This document shows, piece by piece, positions 52,830 through 64,000 of a stretch of 64,000 nt of DNA; the stretch's first letter is position 1, and every line of letters begins with the position of its first letter. Origin of the DNA: Octopus sinensis. Its lineage: Eukaryota. A program made the translations under genes and the position numbers. The stretch is from contig NC_042999.1 of the NCBI RefSeq assembly GCF_006345805.1, forward strand, positions 114,824,001 to 114,888,000. The letters run 5' to 3'. The notes under the pieces were generated by a model. It was not told the origin of the DNA and made no database searches. It was given only the letters and a program-made list of their open reading frames with translations.

Positions 52830-55540
52830 TTCTGGTTTAGGCACAATGCTAACAAGTCTAAGGATAAGGGATTTACCGACACCATTAATGTCAGTACCTA
52901 ACTGATACTTCAGTTTATCGACCCGGAAAGATGAAAAGTTGACCTCAGTGGGACTTGAATTTTAAATGCAAAGAGCCGGAAGAAGTATCAAGTATCACAT
53001 TTTTTTTTACCGACGATCTAATGATTCTGTCAGCTCGGCTGTTTCTAAAACAGAGACAGGGCCTGAAATTTTGAGGCAGGGCAACAGTCGGCAACATCGA
53101 TCCAGCACTTGACTCGTACTTTATTTTATTGAACCCCGAAAGTAAAGTTGACTTCGGTTGAATTTGAACTCAGGTCGTAAAGAACCAGAAAACTGTGGCT
53201 AACCATTTTGTCCAAACTTTAAAATTTTTGCCAGCCTCAAAGTATCGCACATACATTATAGTAACCTTTTAGGTGGGGAGCTGGCAGAATCATTAGCACG
53301 CCGGGTGAAATGTTTCGCCGTATTTCATCTGCCGCTATATTCTGAGCTCAAATTCCGTCGAGGTCGACTTTGCCTTTCACCCTTTTGGGGTCGATAAATT
53401 AAGTGCTAGTTGCTTACTGGGGTCGATCTAATCGACTGGGCCTCCTCCCCCCCCAATTTCAGGCCTTGTGCCTGTAGTAGAAAGGATTATATTAAACTTT
53501 ATAAACAAATGCTTAACAATGGAATTGGCCATATGAAAATGAGGAGGGTGTGAGAAGTTTATATAATGAACGGATTACAATTCAATAAAAACATGAAATA
53601 GATATAAAACATAGTATAGAACACAATAATTAAAGCAATATGTAACATTATAATATCCTTTTTGTTAGCACACCGGAAAAACAGGCTTAACTACGATCCT
53701 TTCAGCTGTACGTCTTAAGGTCGACTTCTTTACGGCGGCGAGCTGGCAGAAACGTTAGCACGCCGGGCGAAATGCGTAGCCGTATTTCGTCTGCCGTTAC
53801 GTTGTGAGTTCAAATTCCACCGAGGTCGACTTTGCCTTTCATCTTTCAGGGTCGATAAATTAAGTACCAGTTACGCACTGGGGTCGATGTAATCGACTTA
53901 ATACCTATGTATGTCCTTGTTTGTCCCCTCTATGTTTAGCCCCTTGTGGGTAATAAAGAAATGGGTATTTCGTCCGTCTTTATGCTCTAGGTCCAAATTC
54001 AGCCGAGGTCGACTTTGTCTTCTATCCTCATAGATACCAATCGAAAACTGTGGTCGATGTAATTGACTTGCCGCTACCGCGATATTGCTGGCCTTGTGCC
54101 AAAATTGGAAAACAATATTATAATAATCCTATAGTAATAGGCACAAGGTCTGAAATATTGTGGAAGGGGTAAGTCGACTACATCAACCCCAGTACTCGAC
54201 TGGTAGTTATTCTTTCGACCCTAGGAAAGATGAAAGGGAAAGTCGGCCTCGGCGGAACTTGCACTCGGAACTTAAGCAGAAGAAACTCCACTTAGTATTT
54301 TTTTCCAGTGTGCTCACGATTCTGCCAGCTCACCGCCTTATGTAAAATTGATTACAAATTTTGGCAGCATTTTCGAGGTTCGAGGTTAGTCGATGACATC
54401 GACCTCAGTGCTCAGCTGGTATTTATTTTACCAATCTCGAAAGGATGAAAGGCAAAGTTGACTGGATTTGAACTCAGAACGTAACGACAGAAGAAATACT
54501 GCTCGGTACTTTGTCCGGTGCGATAACGATTCTGCCAGCTCGCTGTCTTATCGTCTAATGTAACCTTATGATATAAAACATGAAAATATTTAGCGTCACC
54601 ACATCCGCACAAGATTGGAAATCTGCTAGCTTTGTTGGGTTACAGCAACGCTTGAACCTACCCTTCTGTTACGATTCGTAGTGAGTTCTAATACATCATC
54701 CATGGGTACATTATAATCTTTAAGGTGAGGTGGAGGAAAGGTTGAACATGTTTGGTTTGAAGTTGTTTTATATGTTCGTAGTAAGATGGTGACTACTTTA
54801 GTAACAACATATCATGTACGTTTGAACATGTCTTTGCCTTTTAAGTCTCCTCTAACAAATAACATGTTTTTGAAGCCTGCATTATGTCGCTTCTATTAAT
54901 CTATCCATTATATCATTATGAATAATCCTCACGAGTATGAACTCCAACCCCAAACGTTTTGAGTTGGGGGGATCACTTCACTTCATTTTGATAACATCAT
55001 TTTTGTTTTTGTTTTTTTTCCTCTCGGCTTTTTACTTAATGCTTTTTCCGGCAGTTCACCTATCTTATTCTTCTTCCATTTCCCATCCGTCAAACAGCGA
55101 TGGCACAGTGCTGCTGGGAGGGTATTCGTAATCGTTTTCTTTTCAGATAGAGGGTGGTGCGGATTTTTCGTCTTCTCTCGGAGCTTCAACCAGTGTTGCG
55201 TGTGATGATACAACTGGAAACTCATCCTCGACTTCGGACCACTGGAGATTGGAATCTGTTGTTCGCTGCTTTCTCTTTTTCCTTCGTTTCTCCAGCGCTT
55301 CTAGGTAAAAGTCTCGCAAGTGGAGCTGAGCGTTTTCCGTTACGCTAACGATTCTGCCAGTTCGACACATTATGTAATATTGGTTTCAAATTTTGCCTCA
55401 AGGCCAACAAGTTCAGGAGAGAGGTTAAGTCGATTACATCAAACCCAGTGCTCAACTGGTACTTATTTTATCGATCCCGGAAGGATGAGAAGGAAAGTTG
55501 ACCCTGGTGACATTTGAAATTAAAACATAAAGTAGGAAGA
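52830..55540. mobile_element. Second dense cluster of SINE family A copies in alternating orientation
   Basis: Minus 52830-53235, plus 53272-53490, plus multimer 53733-54112, minus 54130-54545, minus 55315-55540. Confidence 0.8.
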
Positions 55541-56407
55541 AACTGGGCTATTTTTGTTGCACCATCAATTTTATGTCCTTCATTTCTATATTTTTATCAG
55601 AGCATAACTCTGGAACGTCGCTATATTTCTGAAGGGCCGTAAGGACCGACCGCTTTTACAACTTTCTTGTCCCCTGGTATCGTTAACTTTGAGAGATATG
55701 CCGTTCTAAACATCACCATCTAGTCTTAGGGAACTTTTAGTGCAGTTGACTCTGTAACAAGGATTTTAATCCGATCCTCAATTCCTGGTAGTCGACAGTA
55801 AATATTATCTCATATGTATGTCTTTACGTTTACACAACTTCAAACCGACGCTCTTTATTCATTTCTAGTGACTTAGTGGTTAGTGGTTCGACAAGTACCA
55901 AACTTAAAAACAAGCGTTGGTGTATTATGGTCAACTTAGCAAAAAAGAAAAGATGATGATGATGATGATGATAAACAAAATAGTAAAAGAATACGTGTGC
56001 GTGCGTGTGGTATGTGTAGTGTGTGCACGCACGTATCAGGAGTTGCGCAGTCGGATGCGCTCATGCGTAGCAAGTCACGTGCGGCCCAACAGCGTGTCGG
56101 CATAAGGTGGACAACCCCCTAACATGGCCAATGAATATATTACATGTAAAAGTAGCTTGATAATTTAGTTTGAGATTGGACATTTTAATTTGATTGCAGC
56201 ATCAACTGAAACGTTGAGCCTGTAGTTTCAATTCCTCTGTATGATTGTGTTTGTGTGTGTGTGGTGTGTGTGTGTGTGTGTGTGGTAGGATATATGTGTT
56301 TGTGAGTGTAAATAAGATATAAATTACATTAACGGCAAAAATATCTCTGGAACTCTCTATACGTAGGCAGTTTTGTTGATCGAACAAGTATACATTTTTT
56401 TACGCAC

Positions 56408-56442
<35 letters not shown>

Positions 56443-56846
56443 CGACGACGATGATGATGATGATGACGGCAGTGGTACCCTTGTTAAGTACTGAATATGG
56501 AGAAGACGAAGCTGTTTATACTGATGCAGCGTGAAGTGTGGTTGGATAAAAATGGCACAGATGGTGGTGGGGTGGCGGTGGTGTAGGCGGAGGTGGTAGG
56601 GGTGGTGATGGCGATGATGGTATTGATGGAAGAGACACGGTGGAAGCAGCGGCGCAGCGAGGCTGCGGTGCAGCGGGACGGCGGTAACGGGAGCAGGGGA
56701 GACGGCAGAGACGACGGTGGTGGTGGGTGGTGCTGGTGCTGGTGGTGCTGGTGCTGGTGGTGCTGATGGTGGTGGTAGTGGTGGTGGTGGTGGTCGTCGT
56801 CGTCGTCGTGATTGTCGTCGTCGTCATCGTCGTCAATGTCGTCGTC

Positions 56847-56890
<44 letters not shown>

Positions 56891-57333
56891 GGTGGTGATG
56901 GTGGTGGTGGTGGTGGAGGAGGTGGCAGTGGTGGTAGTGGTGGTCGTCGTCGTCGTCATCGTTGTTGTCGCCGTCGTCGTCATCGTCATCGGTTGTTCTG
57001 CTGCTCCTGATGTGGCTAACGTTAAAGATGAGATGAAGGATCAAATGAAACGAAGAAGAGGCGAAGAGAAAGAGAAAGAAGGCGGGGTGGCAGTGAGAGG
57101 AAGATAAGCGTTATAGTGGAGATGCGGGTGTGCCGTTGGATAAATGATTCCTTATAGAAATACTTCAACAAAACAAATATAAACTTCCTCGGGATGATCT
57201 TGCGATTCCTGAAAATGAGACACACTCACATACACCTAACAACATAAGCATCTGCACGACCTCACACATACACATATATATATTACATGCTTATCTGTGT
57301 GGTGTACATGTCTTCGCTCGCACTGCATGTGTT

Positions 57334-57374
<41 letters not shown>

Positions 57375-57425
57375 TATAGAGAGAGAGGAGGAGAGAGAGA
57401 TAGATAGATAGAGAGATAGATAGAT

Positions 57426-57485
<60 letters not shown>

Positions 57486-57853
57486 TGCATATATATATGT
57501 ATAAATATATACATGCATACATATATATACATATATATACATATACATACATATATATACAGAGATATACATAGGTACATATATATATACATATATATAT
57601 ATATATTATATGTCTATATATATACATATACGTATATACGTGTATATATGTATATGTATGTATATATGTGTGGGGGAGAGTGAAGAAAATAAAGTCGAGA
57701 AGAATGAAGATTGAAGAGATTGAGGAGAAAGAAAAGGAGAATATATGAGAGCGGGAAAATCAGTAAGAAGGCGGTGGCTGTGACAAAGAAAAGAAAGTGA
57801 AAGTATATGAGTGATAAAGAGGAGTGAGAAATGGACAGGCACAGAAACAGACC

Positions 57854-57954
<101 letters not shown>

Positions 57955-57974
57955 GTAGATAGGTAGACAGATAG

Positions 57975-58046
<72 letters not shown>

Positions 58047-58508
58047 GGATGGATCAGACAGACAGACAGATAGATAAATACATACATACATACATACATA
58101 CATACATACATACATACATACATACATACATACGTACGTACATACATAGACAGACAGATAGTTAAAGAGAGAGCTATTGTAGAAAGAAAGAGACAGGCAC
58201 AACAGACTGACAGGCAGGCAAACTGAAACAGACAGACAGATAAATAGATAGATTCTTTGACAAATAAGATAGACATTCAGAGAGATAGAGTAAAATATTG
58301 CAGAAACTGGTGCAACAAAATGGCAAATGCAAGAAGAGAAGTGTATACTGGGTTGGCGTGAAAGGCAAATCTGTCATTTCCCAGTTATTGCAAATCAGAG
58401 AGTCAGCCACATTACAGGCGAGCATCATATCACGTGCAAGGGGACGTGCATGCACCTTCCCATTCGGATCTGTTACATGATCATGAATACTATGTCAGCA
58501 ACGTCATA

Positions 58509-58553
<45 letters not shown>

Positions 58554-59140
58554 CGCACACAGATTGTGATAAAGTGTATGTGTGTATGTGTGTGTGTCGT
58601 GCGCGCGCATGTCCAGAGACGCGTGAAAGAAGCTGTCAGCGGCGATTAAGTAAAAGGTTAGAGGTTGATCCGGCTAATAATGCGTCGGTTGTGCAAGGAA
58701 GTCGGCAGCCATGATTGTACGAATCTAGCAAAACAAAAAAATAATAATAAATAAATAAAATAAAAAGCCCGCCAAGATTTCATCTAGCGCCTGCTGATAA
58801 CAAGCCTTCATGCAAAGATTAGTATCTACCACGAACCGCGAACCTTCCTCCACCATCACCAAATTCAATTAATTACTCCAACATCATAGACAAATATTTG
58901 TCATTTTTATACCGTGTCTTCCTGCTCTCCTTTGCATACGTGTCTTTCTCTCCATTCCGTAGATATTTCACTTCCTCTTCTGGCTCAAACTCTCCCTCTC
59001 CTCTCTTTCTCTTTGCTCTCTCCTCCATCCTCTCTCTCTCTCTCCCTCTATCTATCTATCTATCTATCTATCTCTCATTATGCATACTCAAGCATAAAAC
59101 ACACAAGACAGGCAATATAATATAAATGTATATACAAATA

Positions 59141-59213
<73 letters not shown>

Positions 59214-60087
59214 CACACATACATATATATATGTATGTACGTATGTATGTATATAAACGTATGCATGTATATGTATATATAATCTGTATATGTATGCATG
59301 TATATACGTATATATATATATATATATATGTGGTGTGTGTATATATATATATATATTATATATATATACATTACATATAATAGAGAGATAAAGAGAGACA
59401 TACATACATGCATACAACATAATACATACATACATACATACATACATACATACATACATACATACATACATACAGTACGTAATTCTTTTCCTGTCTACAA
59501 TTGTTTCTTTCTCTTCCTCACCACTTCTCTCTTTTACTCGAATTTCTTTTTAAAACATTTGTTCATCATTTTGTTAAAATTTCTTTCAATATATTATCAC
59601 TTAGTCATTTTATATTTTAACTTTTATCGATTATATCATTTCTTTCCATTTACTCCCTTTGTTCCATTAGTTACTGTTATGGCGGCGGCGGCGGTGGCGG
59701 TGGCGGTGGTGGTGGTGGTGGTGGCGGCGGTAGTGGTGGTGGTGTGGTGGTGGTGGTGGTGGTGGTGGTGGTGGTGGTGGTGGTAATAGTGGTCCTCTTC
59801 TTGTGCTTGTGGATCGCTAACGTTTCTTATGTCTTCTCATTTCTTCTAAACATGACCATATGCTAATCTCACTCACCACAAATATTACACTCGCTGGATA
59901 TATCATACATTCTCATATACACAGACACAAGCATACAGATATACAAGCAGACTTAAACAAGACGCACATTCAGGCATAGAAGCGCATTCGTAAACACAAA
60001 CACGCGCGTACTCAACCAAACATATGATCACCATGATCACAACGTCATATTCAGTATCATCACGATCGTTATATCATTATCAATAAG

Positions 60088-60672
60088 GAGGCGAGGCAGT
60101 GAGCTAGCAGAAACGTTAGAACGCCAGGCGAAATGCTTTGCGGTATTTCGTCTGCCGCTACGTTTTGAGTTCAAATTCCGCCGAGGTCGACTTAGCCTTT
60201 CATTCTTTCGGGGTCGATTAAATAAATACCAGTTACGCACTGGGGTCGATATAATCGACTTAATCCGTTTATTCGTCCCCTCTGTGTTTAGCCCCTTGTG
60301 GGTAATAAAGAAATAGGTATTTCGTCTGCTGCCACGTTCTGAGTTCAAATTCCACCGAGATCAACTTTGCCTTTTATCCTTTCAGGGTCGATTAAATAAG
60401 TACTATATACGCACTGGGGTCGATGTAATCGACTTAATCCGTTTGTCTGTCCTTGTTTGTCCTCTCTGTGTTTAGCCCCTTGTGGGTTGGGTAGTAAAGA
60501 AATAGGTATTTCTTCCGGCTTTACGTTCTAAGTTCGAATTCCGTCAAAGGTCGACTTTGGCTTCCATCCTTTGGAGGATTTATCAAATAAGTACTAGTTA
60601 AGCATTGGGGTTCGACGTAATCGACTACCCTCTTTCCCCAAAATTTCAGGTCTTGTACCTATAGCAGAGAGG
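60088..60672 (+). mobile_element. Trimeric SINE family A copy
   Basis: One head, then three units with B-boxes near 60167, 60341 and 60530; junctions read AAGAAATA-GGTATTTC. Confidence 0.85.
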
Positions 60673-60677
60673 ATAGT

Positions 60678-60892
60678 GACCACGGGTGCGACAGATAGGT
60701 ATTTCACCGCTGTTGCGGCTTGAGAATGTCACGTACTCGTGTCACTTCCGGAACGAAATCGAATCAACTAGTCTGAAATATACAAGAATAGTGTATAAAC
60801 TAATAATACCTACACTAGTATGCAAAGAGAGAAGTACGTGATACTGAGAAGTGACAACAACGGTGAAACACGTACTAGTCGCTCATGCGGTC
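60678..60892. mobile_element. Old MITE-like foldback with ~65-bp imperfect terminal inverted repeats
   Basis: Left GACC..GCGAC..TTTCACCGCTGTTG..TCACGTAC; right GTACGTGA..CAACAACGGTGAAA..GTCGC..GGTC. Confidence 0.6.
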
Positions 60893-61682
60893 GTGTCTGG
60901 AGTGATTTCGTTTCGCCTAACTCTAAAGAATATTGTGTTTTAACACAATACGTCTTCCAGAACTTTTACTCGGGAGAAAATCATAACGTTCGACGTTTCA
61001 ACTACACACATACATTATGTTATATTGATAAAGATTTTACTATAGAGTTATTCTTGTAGCATAATTCAAATTCTGTTATGTTTCGATACTTGTTGTCTAT
61101 TCCTTTCACGTACTGAAGCATACAATAGACCAAAGTTTCCAAACATGTGGCACTAAGAGTCCCAGGTTGAGAGAATGTTTAGAAACAAATTCAAATTAAA
61201 CTTCATCTACGGAAAATTTAAGATGTACTGATTTGAATTTTCATCAAAGTGTTTCTGAACTAATAAAATGTTTCCAAACACTGCAGTAGTCTGTTGATCT
61301 TATCTTACAATGACAGAAGTGATATCTATTAACAACTTAGTCTTGTGAACGTTGGCATAATTAACAGCATAATTAGGATAGTTTTCATTATAAAGTACAG
61401 CTCTCGTAGGGCATTTGATGCATAGAAAGAAAAATAAATGAAGTAATTTTAAAGAAAGAAATCATTTAATTTAGAATTAGTCAATTTGTTGACGTTTGTT
61501 TAGTTCCTTGTAATCTAGCAGTTCGGCAAACAACATCAATAAAATAAGTACCAGACTTGAAAATAAATACCGGTCTTCTCCAATGTGGCCACAGTCCTAT
61601 GACTGAAACAAGTAAAAAATACTAAACACTTTCTTTACACATAAAATGGAAGAACCACCAAGGCGCTTATAGTTTTTTTTTA

Positions 61683-61726
<44 letters not shown>

Positions 61727-61764
61727 CATCATCATCATCATCATCATTATTATTATTATTATTA

Positions 61765-61801
<37 letters not shown>

Positions 61802-62099
61802 TATATATTATTATTATTATTACTATTATTTCTATTTTGAGAAAATAAAGGGCGCGAAGGACTTTTGATTGATTCATCAAAATATGTTGCAAAGGTGAAA
61901 GGAAGAGAATCGCTGCTCGTAGAAAATCCTGTGATTCAATTTAATTGAGTGTGTATGCAGCTACAGTTCAGCATCGAGCTGTAATTAATTTTCAGGTCTA
62001 GGTCAAAACTGCAATCATTCTTTGTCAAACTTGCATATTCTATCAAAGTGATATAACATATAAAAAATAATTTTAGACCCTGAATAATACCTATCTATC

Positions 62100-62156
<57 letters not shown>

Positions 62157-62299
62157 CATACATACATACACGGACATACACATATTCATGTACACGCATG
62201 TATGTATATGTGAATTGTATTGGCATCCTTTCTGTCTCGGGAGACAATGGAGTTGCGCTTTCTTTTGCTTTTTTTTTTTTTTTTTAGTCTAGTCCGGCT

Positions 62300-62605
62300 T
62301 TTATATTTCATGTCCTGATACATTTCCTGCTGTGGCTGTGTAGTCCTATCCTGGACAAACCTCCCTCTGGCAGGTACCGCAAATGTAGCGAAGACTGTTC
62401 CTGGCTGGTTGTAGTGCCATAGTCTCTTGTTTACGTCTCTTCTTTCTTCCATTTCTCCTCTCTCTCTCTGTCACTCTTTTGTATTCCCTCTTTTACTGTA
62501 CGTCGCCATTCTCCACGGTTGCCGGCGACTGCCTCCCAACCGCTAATATTGATGTTGCAGGCCTTCATATCCCTTTTGCAAACATCCCTTAACGTAAGAT
62601 CGGTC
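62300..62605 (-). mobile_element. RTE-clade (BovB-like) LINE 3' fragment
   Basis: DVCKRDMKACNISGWEAVAGNRGEWRRTVKEG, then a frameshifted C2H2-like CGTCQR..SRIGLHSHSRKC. Confidence 0.8.
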
Positions 62606-62626
62606 TATATATGTGTATATAATTAT

Positions 62627-62688
<62 letters not shown>

Positions 62689-62694
62689 ATATAT

Positions 62695-62929
62695 TACGGA
62701 GATTTACTTGCATAGCAAGTGACCTGATCTGAGATCGTGTGCTGGAATGAAAACAATTGCAGCGTGAAAGGTGTTTATAAGCCATTTAAAACACACGAAA
62801 CCCGTTAGATTCACTTCAACGTTTAAATTTACTTTGCCAAAATATTTTCGTCGCTTTGAGACTGCGACCTGTTCACTGACAAAATTCCGTGCAGCACGGA
62901 ATTTTGTCAGTGAACAGGTCGCGGTCTCA
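62695..62929 (-). mobile_element. Penelope-like pLTR fragment with an inverted terminal duplication, adjoining (TA)n
   Basis: HHR motif at 62833-62883; 36-bp-arm palindrome 62857-62929 centred on 62893. Confidence 0.65.
62833..62883 (-). ncRNA. Minimal hammerhead motif with compensatory G3-C8 core
   Basis: uuuguca GUGAACA g GUCGC-agucucaaa-GCGAC GAAA auau UU uggcaaa; 7-bp stem I, 5-bp stem II, palindromic stem III. Confidence 0.7.
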
Positions 62930-62930
62930 G

Positions 62931-63627
62931 CCTGGTTATATTGTCGTGGCGTCTCTTATATTCCTTCTGGGCTAGTGACGCACATTGGCTGGTAATATGT
63001 CATACGATTTCACCGTTTTGTCCACAGATTCTGCACTTATCACTTTCTGCTCTGTTGTCTACTCTGTATTTTATGTAGTTTGTTCTTGGTGCTTGCTCTT
63101 GGGCAGCACAGATTAGAGCCTCCGTTTCCAGTTTTAAATCACTTTTAGTCATCCACAGCCATCTTTTTTCTCTGTTTTATCTTCAACATCCTTTGAAATT
63201 GACCATATATTCTTTTCTTTATCCACCTATTTTCAATTTCATTCGTTTTCAATTTCTTCTATAGTGCTTTACCTTTGCAATCTTTCATCCTACACAAGCC
63301 TGACCTTCTTACTTCTAATAATAGCAGTTCTGTAGCATTTTTTACATACCATGCTATGTTGTTTTCTTCTGCTTTAATGCTGTGTTCGCATCCAATAAGT
63401 CTTCTTCCCTCTCTTTTTCTTGGTACATACAGTCTGTCTGTGTCATTTTTTGGGTGAAGTGACCCATATCTAGTTCCTTGTATTCCTGTCTAAGGTGTTT
63501 AGTTCATCTACTGTCCATACGATTACCCCTGCTTCATATCTAAGGAGTGAAACCGCCCAGGTGTTGATAGCTTCGATCTTATTCCGTCCGTTTAATTTCG
63601 ACTTAAGGATCAATCTCAGTCTGCGCT
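62931..63627 (-). mobile_element. R4/Dong-clade LINE fragment (RT C-terminus to CCHC knuckle), same family as 45722-46368
   Basis: RRLRLILKSKLNGRNKIEAINTWAVSLLRY..LDRNTR..HPKNDTDRLYVPRK..ETEALICAAQEQ..CRICGQNGEIV*HITSQC..YKRRHDN. Confidence 0.85.
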
Positions 63628-63701
63628 ATGATTATTATTATTATCATCCTCATCCTCATCATCATCTCATCATCATCATCATCATCATCATCATTCATCA
63701 T

Positions 63702-63733
<32 letters not shown>

Positions 63734-64000
63734 TTATTATTATTATTATTATTATTGTATTATCATTCATCATTCATCAATCATCATCATCATCCTCTTC
63801 TTTCAATTTTGTTTGCATTTCTTGCTAGGTTTTTTCCCGATAAAGGAACTCATTGTATACATTGATAGGCCATTAAAATAAACACAGCAGATTGTTCATT
63901 TACAAAGTCATGTGATAGAAAAAAGGGGGACAAAGACAGAAAGAAAAAGGAAAGAAGAAAAAATGAAAAAGAAAATAAAGGAGGAAAAGGAAAAAAAATT

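Overview
AT-rich, microsatellite-saturated animal DNA. The tRNA-derived SINE families and repeat landscape look like an Octopus (coleoid cephalopod) genome; this is inferred from repeat appearance, not from a marker gene. I can support no intact host protein-coding gene, and almost all listed ORFs are translations of simple repeats. The window holds many SINE copies (some multimeric or nested), decayed LINEs (R4/Dong-like and RTE), DNA transposon relics (Tc1/mariner, Chapaev3-like, a hAT MITE with a perfect 8-bp TSD) and fragments of Penelope-like elements (PLEs), including two GIY-YIG endonuclease remnants. The standout is a set of minimal type I hammerhead ribozyme (HHR) motifs. A near-identical ~492-bp x4.6 tandem array (22062-24336) carries one HHR per unit and sits in the (TA)n tract of a SINE, which is the layout of a non-LTR retrozyme / circular-RNA multimer. 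At least five other HHR families are present, several with non-canonical cores: a G3-C8 swap overlapping a 73-bp palindrome, A6U, and U4C. Short complex-sequence islands rich in homeodomain-type motifs between microsatellites may be enhancers of a gene desert or large intron (low confidence).
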